Positions 36,651 through 46,324 of a DNA stretch of 64,000 bases are shown here, in pieces; within the stretch, counting starts at the first letter, position 1, and every line of letters starts with the position of its first letter. The notes under the pieces were generated by a model, which saw nothing but the letters and a program-made list of their open reading frames with translations, was not told the origin of the DNA and did not search any database. Where the stretch lies: assembly GCA_964627755.1 (NCBI GenBank), contig CAZVIH010000022.1, positions 3,431 through 67,430 on the forward strand, read 5' to 3'. This stretch comes from an uncultured Anaerolineales bacterium (GTDB lineage: Bacteria > Chloroflexota > Anaerolineae > Anaerolineales > UBA11858). Made by a program: the position numbers and the translations under genes.

Positions 36651-36684
36651 AATGAATATATATTTGAGAGTGAGATTTATTCAA
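36628..36684 (-). mobile_element. Possible remnant of the first ~19 codons of an IS200-like/RAYT (Y1 transposase) gene
   Basis: The alternative frame reads (M/L)NKSHSQIYIHFVWSTWDR, resembling the conserved N-terminus of RAYT/IS200-like proteins (..IH.VW.T..R). Similarity stops exactly where the desaturase frame begins. Confidence 0.25.
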
Positions 36685-36784
36685 TAGTCCTCCAATTTAT
36701 GCCTATTTCATAATTTTACCTAAATATTGACTGCAGGAAAACTGGTATGTGGATTAGATATTTTTGAATTTGATTTTAATGACC

Positions 36785-36812
36785 TTGACATTCCTTAATT
36801 TGTCTATATAAT
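36785..36812 (+). promoter_or_regulatory. Strong sigma70-type promoter of the marR-ABC exporter operon
   Basis: TTGACA (36785-36790), 16 nt spacer, TATAAT (36807-36812). GAGGTG Shine-Dalgarno sequence before the ATG at 36845. Confidence 0.5.
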
Positions 36813-36844
36813 TAATCGAACTTAACTATTAATTGAGGTGAAGT

Positions 36845-37303
36845 ATGTCCTCTCAAGATCCGTTTTATTGCATATTCCATGAGTGGATGGAATTATTTAT
36901 GCACCGCTCCATGCGCGGGTATATCCACTATGCCCGTGAGAAAGGATTGTCGAGGTCGAGCATCGGCACTTTATTTCACCTCAGCCACCGTGATCATGCT
37001 GGTGTTTCGGACCTGGGTGAACATCTGGGAGTGAGCAGTGCGGCGGCCAGCCAGATGCTGGAGCATCTGGTGGAAGAAGGGCTCATCAAGCGTTCGGAAG
37101 ATCCAGATGATCGCCGGATGAAAAAGATAACTCTAACAGAAAAAGGGTTCCAGGTGATGAAGGATAGTGTCAGCGCCAGGCTGGGGTGGTTAGAGGAGCT
37201 GACGGAGAGTTTTTCTACTGAAGAAAAAAAAGAGATCACAGCTGCCATGAAATTAATCATAAATAAAGCTAGAGAAATAGATATCCTTAAAAAGGGAGAA
37301 TAA
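36845..37303 (+). CDS. MarR-family transcriptional regulator
   Basis: Winged HTH: VSDLGEHLGVSSAAASQMLEHLVEEGLIKRSEDPDDRRMKKITLTEKG. Confidence 0.85.
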   Translation: MSSQDPFYCIFHEWMELFMHRSMRGYIHYAREKGLSRSSIGTLFHLSHRDHAGVSDLGEHLGVSSAAASQMLEHLVEEGLIKRSEDPDDRRMKKITLTEKGFQVMKDSVSARLGWLEELTESFSTEEKKEITAAMKLIINKAREIDILKKGE

Positions 37304-37326
37304 CTTTCCAGAGGAGTTCCAATCTT

Positions 37327-39567
37327 ATGCGGCGATTACTAAAGTATCTAAAACCCTATACTCTATTGATTATCCTCTCGATAATCTTGCTTTTTATCCA
37401 GGCCAATGCTGACTTGGCGCTGCCGGATTACCTGTCCAGGATCGTCAATAACGGCATTCAACAAAATGGTGTGGAAAATGCTGTCCCGGATGCAGTTCGC
37501 CAGGACACGATGGATAAACTGCTTTTGTTTATTGGGGAAGAGGATGCCCAAGTTATCCTGAACAGCTATCAGTTGATAGAACCGGATTCTGCCGAGGCAG
37601 AAGAGGTACTGGGTGATTATCCGGTGGTTCAAGATGAGGCGATTTATATCCTGGGTGATATCGATCAAGCTCAAAATGAAAAATTAAATTCTGTTTTTGG
37701 AAAAGCCTTTGTTGCGGTATCTGGCATTCAGCGAATGGTGGATGATCCCACAGCAGCATTGCCGCTTGGAGAGGGATTTGATTTTGATCCATCACGTATC
37801 CCGGCTGGTATGGATGTTTTCCAGGCTCTGGCTATGATGCCCAAGGAGATGCGGGTCGAGATGACTGCCAAGATGGAGGAATCCTTTGAGGTCCTTGGCG
37901 AAAATATGATCACCCAGATGGCTGTTGGCGCCGTTAAGAGCGAATATGAAGCCCTGGGTATGGATGCGGGAAAGATCCAAAGGGACTATATTCTACGCAT
38001 CGGCGGCATAATGTTGTTGGTATCACTGCTGGGTGGAGCGGCCACGATCGCGGCTGGATATCTGGCGGCCAAAACGGCAGCCGGTGCAGCCAGGGATATC
38101 CGGGTCGCAGCCTTTAAAAAGGTGGAGAGTTTTACCAACGCGGAATTTTCCAAATTTTCCACAGCGTCGCTGATTACCCGATCTACGAATGATGTTACCC
38201 AGGTGCAAACTGTTATCTTTATGATCATGCGTATGGTCCTGTATGCGCCGATCATCGGTGTAGGCGGGATCATCCGAGCTGTAGATAAGAGCGCTAACAT
38301 GTGGTGGCTGATCGGTTTAGCCGTTCTGGTGTTGATAGGTATGATTGTGATTGTATTTTTGATTGCGGTTCCCAAATTTAAATTGATGCAGGAATTAATT
38401 GATAGGCTCAACCTGGTTACCAGGGAAAACCTGTCCGGGATGATGGTGATCCGGGCATTTAATAAACAGGATGATGAACTGGTCCGATTTAATAAAGCCA
38501 ATAAGGATCTAACTGATACAGGACTTTTTGTCGCTCGTGTGATGGTGATCATGATGCCTGTGATGATGTTGGTCATGAATGGTCTGTCGTTGGCGATTAT
38601 TTGGGTTGGATCCCATCAGATTGCAGAATCTGCCATGCAGGTAGGCGATATGATGGCTTTCATGCAGTACGCTATGCAGATCGTGATGGCTTTCCTGATG
38701 ATGTCGATGATGTTTATCTTCTTGCCCAGAGCAGCAGTTTCTGGAGCAAGGATTGCTGATGTCCTGGATACAGAGATTGAGATCCAGGATCCTGAAAAGC
38801 CAAAATCCTTTCCTGTTCCTTTCCGGGGTGAAATTGAATTCAGGGATGTCTCCTTCCACTATCCTGATGCAGAGGATGATGTCATCCGGGACATTAATTT
38901 CACTGCTCGCCCTGGCGAGACCACTGCATTTATTGGATCGACTGGCTGTGGAAAATCAACTGTTATAAACTTGATCCCCAGGTTCTATGACGTCACTCAG
39001 GGTAGCGTTTTGCTGGATGGGGTGGATATTCGGGAAGTGAGTCAGAGTGAATTGAGGGACAGGATTGGCTATGTGCCACAGAAGGGAACCCTGTTCTCGG
39101 GAACGATTGAAAGCAATATGCTTTATGCAGACAAAGACGCTACCCAGGAGGATATTCAGGAAGCTCTTGATATTGCCCAGGCAAGTGAATTTGTCTTTGA
39201 TGATGAAAAAGGCCTCGATTCTGAAATTTCACAGGGAGGAACAAATGTTTCCGGTGGCCAGAGGCAGCGTCTGGCGATTGCCCGGGCGCTTGTTAAGAAA
39301 CCCCCCGTTTTCATCTTTGATGACAGTTTCTCGGCCCTGGATTTTAAGACGGATTCAGCCCTGCGCAGGGAATTAAAGGCAAAAACTGGTGCAAGTACAG
39401 TACTGATCGTTACTCAGCGGGTTGCCACGGTAAAAAACGCTGACCAGATCATAGTGTTAGAAGAAGGGCGCGTGGTTGGTAAAGGGACTCATCATGAATT
39501 AATGAAAACCTGTGAGACCTATCAGGAAATTGCGTCATCACAGTTGAGTGAGGAGGAATTGGCATGA
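37327..39567 (+). CDS. ABC exporter, fused permease/ATPase, with ~170-aa extracytoplasmic insertion between TM1 and TM2
   Basis: Six-TM exporter domain. Walker A is GSTGCGKST, the signature is SGGQRQRLAIA, and Walker B is VFIFDDSFS. Confidence 0.9.
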   Translation: MRRLLKYLKPYTLLIILSIILLFIQANADLALPDYLSRIVNNGIQQNGVENAVPDAVRQDTMDKLLLFIGEEDAQVILNSYQLIEPDSAEAEEVLGDYPVVQDEAIYILGDIDQAQNEKLNSVFGKAFVAVSGIQRMVDDPTAALPLGEGFDFDPSRIPAGMDVFQALAMMPKEMRVEMTAKMEESFEVLGENMITQMAVGAVKSEYEALGMDAGKIQRDYILRIGGIMLLVSLLGGAATIAAGYLAAKTAAGAARDIRVAAFKKVESFTNAEFSKFSTASLITRSTNDVTQVQTVIFMIMRMVLYAPIIGVGGIIRAVDKSANMWWLIGLAVLVLIGMIVIVFLIAVPKFKLMQELIDRLNLVTRENLSGMMVIRAFNKQDDELVRFNKANKDLTDTGLFVARVMVIMMPVMMLVMNGLSLAIIWVGSHQIAESAMQVGDMMAFMQYAMQIVMAFLMMSMMFIFLPRAAVSGARIADVLDTEIEIQDPEKPKSFPVPFRGEIEFRDVSFHYPDAEDDVIRDINFTARPGETTAFIGSTGCGKSTVINLIPRFYDVTQGSVLLDGVDIREVSQSELRDRIGYVPQKGTLFSGTIESNMLYADKDATQEDIQEALDIAQASEFVFDDEKGLDSEISQGGTNVSGGQRQRLAIARALVKKPPVFIFDDSFSALDFKTDSALRRELKAKTGASTVLIVTQRVATVKNADQIIVLEEGRVVGKGTHHELMKTCETYQEIASSQLSEEELA

Positions 39568-41459
39568 GCGAGAATAAACGTACTTCTACACCAACTCGCC
39601 AATCAATCGGTCCGATGCCCGGTCGAGGACCGCGTCCAGGGAGGGGCGGCCCTGGCGGTCATATGTCGATGATGAAGGGTGAAAAAGCCCGCGATTTCAA
39701 AGGCACAATGAGTAAATTGCTGGATTATCTGGGCTCTTATAAGATTGGCACCCTGGTCGTAATGATTTTTGCTATTGCCTCAACAATTTTTACAATCATT
39801 GGTCCAAAGATCCTCGGCAGTGCGACCACCAAACTATTTGAAGGTGTACTGGAAATGATCGCTGGCACTGGAGCTGGTATAGATTTTGATTTTATCGGTC
39901 GGATCATTTTGATCACGATTGGTCTTTATCTGGCTTCAGCAATATTTAGCTATGTCCAGGGATGGATCATGTCAGGCATAGCAGTGGACATCACCTATCG
40001 CTTCCGGAAAGATATATCTACCAAGATTAACCGGATGCCGTTCAAATATTTTGATACCACCAGCCAAGGCGAGGTGCTTTCCAGGATCACCAACGATGTT
40101 GATACGGTTAACCAGACCCTGAACCAGAGCCTCTCTCAGATCATCACATCTGTGGTGACTGTGGTCGGTGTCCTGGTTATGATGTTAACAATCAGCTGGA
40201 AAATGACCCTCGTAGCACTGACGATCATTCCCTTATCGGCAGGGGTTGTCATGCTGATTGTACGCCAATCCCAGAAGTATTTCACCCAGCAGCAGGAATA
40301 TCTGGGTCATGTCAACGGGCATGTAGAAGAGATGTTTGGCGGACATTTGGTTATGAAAGCCTTTAATGGTGAAGCGGATAGTGTGGAGAAATTTGAAGGA
40401 TTTAACAACACTCTCTACAGCTCTGCCTGGAAATCGCAGTTTTTATCGGGATTAATGATGCCGGTGATGCGTTTTGTGGGCAACCTGGGTTATGTTGGAA
40501 TCTCAATCCTGGGCGGCTATTTAGCCATCCAGAAAGCGATCACAGTGGGAGATATCCAGGCTTTTATCCAGTACGTGAATTCCTTTACCCGGCCTATCAC
40601 TCAGATCGCAAATATTTCCAATGTACTGCAGCAAACTGCGGCAGCGGCAGAAAGAGTATTTGAGTTCCTGGAGCAAGAAGAAGAAATCCCGGAAGTTGAT
40701 CATCCGTTCATCCCAGATGAGATCAAAGGTCATGTGGAATTCCAGAACGTGCAGTTCGGCTACGATCCTGAGGAAATCATCATTAACGATTTTTCGGCTG
40801 ATATACAACCCGGACAGAAGATCGCTTTGGTAGGGCCTACCGGTGCTGGAAAAACAACCATGGTAAAGTTGTTAATGCGTTTTTATGATGTGCAGAAGGG
40901 CGCCATCATGGTTGATGGACAAAATATCAAGGATTACAAACGGGAGGATCTGCGCTGTTTATTTGGCATGGTGCTGCAGGATACCTGGTTGTACAACGAT
41001 ACCATCATGGAAAATATCCGCTATGGCCGACCCGGTGCAAGTGATGAAGAAGTTATCCAGGCTGCCAAAGCAGCCCATGTGGATCACTTTGTCCGCACGC
41101 TCCCTGAGGGTTATGGTATGGTGTTGAATGAGGAAACATCCAATATTTCACAAGGACAAAAACAGCTGCTGACTATTGCCAGGGCGTTTGTGACAGATCC
41201 CAGCATGTTGATACTTGACGAAGCTACAAGTTCGGTTGATACTCGCACCGAGGTTTTGATCCAGCAAGCGATGAACGATCTGATGAAAGATCGCACTTCC
41301 TTTATCATTGCCCATCGCCTTTCCACCATCCGCAATGCAGATCGGATCCTGGTCATGAATGAGGGGGATATTGTGGAACAGGGGAAACATGATGAGCTGC
41401 TGGCAAAAAACGGCTTTTACGCCGAGTTATATAACAGCCAGTTTGAATTTGCCGAATAG
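39564..41459 (+). CDS. ABC exporter, fused permease/ATPase (heterodimer partner)
   Basis: 4-nt overlap with the partner gene. G/P/R-rich N-terminal tail, then EKARDFKGT. Walker A is GPTGAGKTT, the signature is SQGQKQLLTIA, and Walker B is MLILDEATS. Confidence 0.9.
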   Translation: MSENKRTSTPTRQSIGPMPGRGPRPGRGGPGGHMSMMKGEKARDFKGTMSKLLDYLGSYKIGTLVVMIFAIASTIFTIIGPKILGSATTKLFEGVLEMIAGTGAGIDFDFIGRIILITIGLYLASAIFSYVQGWIMSGIAVDITYRFRKDISTKINRMPFKYFDTTSQGEVLSRITNDVDTVNQTLNQSLSQIITSVVTVVGVLVMMLTISWKMTLVALTIIPLSAGVVMLIVRQSQKYFTQQQEYLGHVNGHVEEMFGGHLVMKAFNGEADSVEKFEGFNNTLYSSAWKSQFLSGLMMPVMRFVGNLGYVGISILGGYLAIQKAITVGDIQAFIQYVNSFTRPITQIANISNVLQQTAAAAERVFEFLEQEEEIPEVDHPFIPDEIKGHVEFQNVQFGYDPEEIIINDFSADIQPGQKIALVGPTGAGKTTMVKLLMRFYDVQKGAIMVDGQNIKDYKREDLRCLFGMVLQDTWLYNDTIMENIRYGRPGASDEEVIQAAKAAHVDHFVRTLPEGYGMVLNEETSNISQGQKQLLTIARAFVTDPSMLILDEATSSVDTRTEVLIQQAMNDLMKDRTSFIIAHRLSTIRNADRILVMNEGDIVEQGKHDELLAKNGFYAELYNSQFEFAE

Positions 41460-41494
41460 GACGGGATGTCTTTTAAAATCAGGATTTTATAACA

Positions 41495-41527
41495 CAAAAA
41501 CCGCTCCTTTTTGAGGAGCGGTTTTTA
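41495..41527. terminator. Intrinsic terminator
   Basis: AAAAACCGCTCC-TTTTTGA-GGAGCGGTTTTT. Confidence 0.75.
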
Positions 41528-41640
41528 GTTGTTTATTTTGGTCTAATCTACATAATAGACAACAATTTGGTTTTCGGAAGGATGCCGGCAGGAATGGTGG
41601 ATAAGATAATTACTCTCATTACCGGGTCGCCCCCTCTCTT

Positions 41641-43287
41641 TTAGTGGATTGAGTTACTCTGGTTTTTTTTCTTTACCTTATTGAGATACATGTCCCGATC
41701 GGCAGCTTTGTAGCCATCCATTAAAGAACAACCCTGCTGTATGACACTATAACCGTATGACATTGATATCGGACGATAGAGATCATCATCAAGATTGCTG
41801 TTGTTGTGGTTGTTAATACTTTGTTCCAGCCTTTTTAAAATAACTGGATTTTGATCTAAATCAACAGCTGGTAGGATGATGACAAATTCATCTCCCCCGA
41901 TGCGGGCTACTATGTCTTCCTTTCTAAAAGTTCCCATTCCCAGGATTCTAGCCCCTGATCTAATGGCCTTATCACCAATATCATGTCCGAGAGTATCGTT
42001 GATCTGCTTTAATCCATCCAGATCACAGGTAATAATACTGATCGGATAATGGCGGCTTTTTTCCAATCGGTTTAATTCTTCTTCGAAATAAGCCCGGTTG
42101 TACAAGCCAGTTAATGCGTCGTGAAAACTCATGAAGCGAAGTTTTTCTTCGCCTTTTTTTCGATCAGTGATGTCGACGATGGATAAATGAACTCGCTCCC
42201 AGGTATCTTCATATCCTGGCGGAACAGATAACCGCAGCCAGCCATATATCAATTCGCCTGTGAGTTTCTTCTGATAGATTTCGCATTCGAAGGATGTTAC
42301 ACCGCTGACAAGAGCTAATAATTCCTGCCTAAATTCTTCCAGTGAATCGACTACAAGAACCTGGGATAAACTTTGAAGCAGTTCAGTTTTTGATTTTGCA
42401 TTATAGAGGTCGAGGGTGGCCTGGTTGATATCGAGGATTTTTACAGCCTGAACACATTCATTCACCAGCAGATAATCCTCGTTCAGGCGGTCTATGATCA
42501 TTTCTTTGGAACCAATTCGCTCCAATATCATTTTCACTTCAGAAAAATCTTCTTCCCAGAGCGAAATCGGGGATTCATTGAATATGCTTTTAAAACGCGC
42601 CTCACTTTCTAGAAGGGCGTTTTCGGTATTTATTCGCTGGGTGATATCGTGATATAAACCCAGAACACCTATATTCTCACCCCCAACTGAAACTGGCACA
42701 CCCACGATTTCTACATCAACCAGGCTGCCATCCTTCTTTTTTCTCTGGCTGATCTTTCTGGTCAGGTTTCCGGCAGATACTGATTTTGTGATCTGGGATG
42801 CTTCCTCACGCAAATCATCTGATGCAATCATATCGTCCAGATGTTTGCCGATGATCTCATCACATTGATATCCAAAAAGATCCTCAAAAGCGGTATTGCA
42901 GGTGATGATATGGTGATTATTATCCAAACGGACCACAGCAAACGAAGTGCTGGCGATCAATGCCTCAAGGAAATATTGTTCGTTTTCATTTTGGGCTTCC
43001 TGACTTTTTAATTGTTCATCAAGTTGGAAGGATTTTTCCAGGAAACGAGCTGCCTGAATGCCAATTAGAGCAAAGGATGCTGATAAAACGATCGGCGTGA
43101 GATCGATAATCAACATTGGGGGATGGTCAAGATGTATGGTCAATAACCTTGACCATGTAAATCTGGCACCTAATTTCAAAAATTCAGTTGCAGTTGCTGC
43201 AATGGGGAAGAATAAACCAAGGACAAAGCCATAGGTTGCGTAAGTCAGGATCTTCTTACTCTTAATATCCAAAGGGTGTAACCTCAA
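41641..43287 (-). CDS. Membrane-anchored PAS-PAS-GGDEF diguanylate cyclase
   Basis: N-terminal TM helices and two or three PAS-like segments. GGDEF domain motifs are LTGLYNRAYFEEEL, DLDGLKQINDTLGH and RIGGDEFVIILP. Confidence 0.85.
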   Translation of the reverse strand: MRLHPLDIKSKKILTYATYGFVLGLFFPIAATATEFLKLGARFTWSRLLTIHLDHPPMLIIDLTPIVLSASFALIGIQAARFLEKSFQLDEQLKSQEAQNENEQYFLEALIASTSFAVVRLDNNHHIITCNTAFEDLFGYQCDEIIGKHLDDMIASDDLREEASQITKSVSAGNLTRKISQRKKKDGSLVDVEIVGVPVSVGGENIGVLGLYHDITQRINTENALLESEARFKSIFNESPISLWEEDFSEVKMILERIGSKEMIIDRLNEDYLLVNECVQAVKILDINQATLDLYNAKSKTELLQSLSQVLVVDSLEEFRQELLALVSGVTSFECEIYQKKLTGELIYGWLRLSVPPGYEDTWERVHLSIVDITDRKKGEEKLRFMSFHDALTGLYNRAYFEEELNRLEKSRHYPISIITCDLDGLKQINDTLGHDIGDKAIRSGARILGMGTFRKEDIVARIGGDEFVIILPAVDLDQNPVILKRLEQSINNHNNSNLDDDLYRPISMSYGYSVIQQGCSLMDGYKAADRDMYLNKVKKKNQSNSIH

Positions 43288-43496
43288 TTAATTGATCAAA
43301 TCGAACTGCAGATAAGGCTGTCTAGAAGTTATTTCATCAAATTGATTAGTAGATCAGTGCGATATTAAGACCATATCAATATCGTATCAACCAATAATTA
43401 TACTTGAATCGATCTTTTTGGTACATACGGCACTATTTTCATTCATCAGATCTTAATGCTGTTATCGTCTGCTTGAACCAACAATAAATCAAGTAG

Positions 43497-44837
43497 TTAC
43501 GCCGGGTTTCTGTTCCGCAATGGACTATTGCCAATTCCAGGCCAGATCCGTAAAACGCCAAATATCCCCCGCAAGAAATTCCATCCGCCAATTAAAATCC
43601 AGACCCAGAGCAATGAACTGCTGCTGTATTCTTCGAGTGTCCAAATCGCGATCATGCCTATCAGGGAGGCCAGGACCATAGCATTACGGAGGTATCGGAA
43701 ATCGCCGGTTCCCCAGTGCACACCATCAGTTAAAAAAGCCAGGGAATTGATGGGCTGACTGATTGCCGAGATCCCCCAGGCGGGTAAAAATACCTGGGCG
43801 GCAGTGATGGGTACAAAAAGATCGGTCACTACCTTTCGCCCGGTCCACATCAAAGCGCCCAGAACTACACCAGTTCCGATACTCCACCATAATCCTACTT
43901 TCACCACTTGTTTTGTATTTATTAATGAATCCTGTCCTATAAAGAAACCTACCAGGGATTGAACAGTGGCTGCAAATGCATCCAGGACGAGAGCGGTAAA
44001 GACCCACATTTGGCGGATAACCTGGTGGGCAGCGCCTGCATCCGCACCGAGTTGATTGGCAACCCGGGTGGTATAAGCCAGGAACAGGTTTAACATCCCT
44101 GTGCGCACAAACATATCTCCGCCGATGGAAAGCAGCGCCCCGGCATCTGTTAAGACGATTTCATGGGTTAAACCAATTTTTTTATTTACCAGCAGAATGC
44201 CAGCCAGGGCCCCCAGCCATTGACTGATGGTGCTTGCCAGAGCTGATCCGACTACTCCCAGGGCCGGAAGCGGACCCCGGCCAAAGATCATCAACCAATC
44301 AAGGAGTAAATTCAATAAATTCACTCCCAGGGCGATCCACAAGGGTGTATTCATGTCCTGGCGGCCGCGAAAGGCGCCAAAACTAACCAGGGTCAACAGA
44401 ACGGCTGGCGCGCCGAAAAGGCGGATTTGCATATATGAAACTGCGTTGGTTTTGACAGCGCCAGATGTACCCAGTAAGCCGGCTAACCAGGTGGCACTGG
44501 GTCCGATCAATAGAATTAGCAATAACCCAAATCCGGCTGCTAGCAGCAGGGCAAGGCTGAGAGTCTTTTTGACTTTTTCCCGGTCACCTTTTCCATAAGC
44601 CTGGGCAACTTCAGTTTGAGCGCCAACACCCAGGAAGTTAAACATCCAGAATAAGCTGGATAAGGCAGTGGTGCCTACTCCCAGAGCAGCCAAGGGTACA
44701 ACACCCAGGGAAGAGATAAAAGCTGTATCCACCAGAGCGGTGAGCGGTTCTGCGGTCAGGGAGAGCAGTACAGGAATGGATAATCCGATCAACGTCCGAT
44801 GCGGGTGGGAAGTAAATGGGTGGGGTGTGGAGATCAT
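43497..44837 (-). CDS. MATE-family efflux transporter (DinF-like)
   Basis: 12 TM helices. N-terminus LIGLSIPVLLSLTAEPLTALVDTAFISSLG. Confidence 0.85.
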   Translation of the reverse strand: MISTPHPFTSHPHRTLIGLSIPVLLSLTAEPLTALVDTAFISSLGVVPLAALGVGTTALSSLFWMFNFLGVGAQTEVAQAYGKGDREKVKKTLSLALLLAAGFGLLLILLIGPSATWLAGLLGTSGAVKTNAVSYMQIRLFGAPAVLLTLVSFGAFRGRQDMNTPLWIALGVNLLNLLLDWLMIFGRGPLPALGVVGSALASTISQWLGALAGILLVNKKIGLTHEIVLTDAGALLSIGGDMFVRTGMLNLFLAYTTRVANQLGADAGAAHQVIRQMWVFTALVLDAFAATVQSLVGFFIGQDSLINTKQVVKVGLWWSIGTGVVLGALMWTGRKVVTDLFVPITAAQVFLPAWGISAISQPINSLAFLTDGVHWGTGDFRYLRNAMVLASLIGMIAIWTLEEYSSSSLLWVWILIGGWNFLRGIFGVLRIWPGIGNSPLRNRNPA

Positions 44838-45082
44838 CCTGTTATCTTTAATAAAAATCCGTATTTAGAAATGACTATCTATGATTGAGGTTAATATGAA
44901 AACGAGAATGGCGATTATTGTACCATTCCCGCGATCTCGAAAGGATATCTAACCGTTCTTCATTATTGAATATTAAAAATGAAAAAACTGTTTATCCAAT
45001 TTCCCCTGCGATTATAGTTCTCAGAACAGGATTTCTTATCTGGAATTAATGACCCTATTCATCAGCAGTGCCTTCCCGAGAT

Positions 45083-45577
45083 TTATTCTCCAATGATGTG
45101 AACTCGCACAAAACGGTCCCGGGCCCTGACTTGATCAAAATCTGCGAAGTAGATCCGGCCAAACTCACCCAGAATCATCTCGGAATCTGTAATTGGGATC
45201 GTAACGGAACGACCTAAAATGACTGATCTGAGATGAGCATCGGTATTTAATGACCAGGATGGAAGTTCATCTCTTCCTTCAGCAGCCTCGATATGCTCGG
45301 GGCCGGGGTGTAAATATTGGTGTTCTGTGAGACAGGTGGGAATGATTTTTTCAAATACATTCACAAGATCTTGCATTAACAGATCAGTTCCATAATAATT
45401 TTTATCATCAGATGCCTCTTGAATTAATACACTGCAGGTAGTGTGTTGGGAAAATACAACCAGAATCCCGTTTTTTATATTGGATTCAGATAACACATCA
45501 GATACTTGGTCTGTGACATCTTCGAAGGTTGGCCTGGCAGCTGACTGTATTTTAAAATATTTCTGGTATACAGACAT
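45083..45577 (-). CDS. YjbQ/UPF0047-family protein (secondary thiamine-phosphate synthase-like)
   Basis: SQHTTCSVLIQE and AHLRSVILGRSVTIPI...LGEFGRIYFADFD. Confidence 0.7.
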   Translation of the reverse strand: MSVYQKYFKIQSAARPTFEDVTDQVSDVLSESNIKNGILVVFSQHTTCSVLIQEASDDKNYYGTDLLMQDLVNVFEKIIPTCLTEHQYLHPGPEHIEAAEGRDELPSWSLNTDAHLRSVILGRSVTIPITDSEMILGEFGRIYFADFDQVRARDRFVRVHIIGE

Positions 45578-45587
45578 GATTTACTCC

Positions 45588-46301
45588 TTATTCATTTGAA
45601 TGTGTTTCGTCCCATGCTTTTCGTACATTACTTAACATTTCATCCAGCATGGCTTCCGGATTTTCTGCTTTGATAATCCCGCTTGTGGATCCAGTAGCCT
45701 GAGCACCAGCTGCAATCACATTATAAACATCCTGGCCGCAACTTATCCCGGCACCGTGAAGGATTCGAATTGCAGGATTAATTTCCCAAACCAGCTGATT
45801 GATTTTTTGAATAACCTGCTGATCGTTTTTAGGGCGTTTTCCTGTGCCGATCAACTCCGGTAATTCGGCCAATAATATATCAGGGTTCAATTTGGCAATA
45901 GCTTGAATTTCATCTAAATTTCCAGCACATACTAAACTGGCTAATCCTACTTCTTCTGCCCGGCGAATCGTCTCAGCAATGGTCTTGAGGGGAAGGGGTT
46001 TTTCAGCATGATTGAGCAGCACGCCAACAGCTCCTGCAGCTTTTAATGCTTCCGGAAGGACCGCACCGATACCTTTCCCGATTTTAAGGGGATCCATGTG
46101 TTGGGCAAAAATTAGTAAATTCTCTGTTTCTTGCGCCAGGAGGCGGATGTCCACATATTGGGGAGTGATGATCAGGGGAATGTTGTATTTCAAGCTTACC
46201 CGATCTGCAAATTTTGCTAATCGAAGGAGCTGTTTACCATAAAGGTAAGCTTTAGGTCCAAATTCAAAGAAAGGAGGAGAGATCCTGAAATCCGGGTTCA
46301 T
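45588..46301 (-). CDS. Triose-phosphate-isomerase-family protein (archaeal-type TIM-like; substrate uncertain)
   Basis: Motifs GAVLPEALKAAGAVGVLLNHAE (catalytic His region) and LAELPELIGTGK (catalytic Glu/phosphate loop). Confidence 0.7.
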   Translation of the reverse strand: MNPDFRISPPFFEFGPKAYLYGKQLLRLAKFADRVSLKYNIPLIITPQYVDIRLLAQETENLLIFAQHMDPLKIGKGIGAVLPEALKAAGAVGVLLNHAEKPLPLKTIAETIRRAEEVGLASLVCAGNLDEIQAIAKLNPDILLAELPELIGTGKRPKNDQQVIQKINQLVWEINPAIRILHGAGISCGQDVYNVIAAGAQATGSTSGIIKAENPEAMLDEMLSNVRKAWDETHSNE

Positions 46302-46324
46302 TGATTGATTTTTCCTCGATATTA

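Noticed and set aside
36439-36684. ORF 36439..36684- (81 aa) as an intact gene.
   Set aside because: Only its first ~19 codons resemble a Y1-transposase N-terminus. The remainder is the desaturase gene read out of frame.
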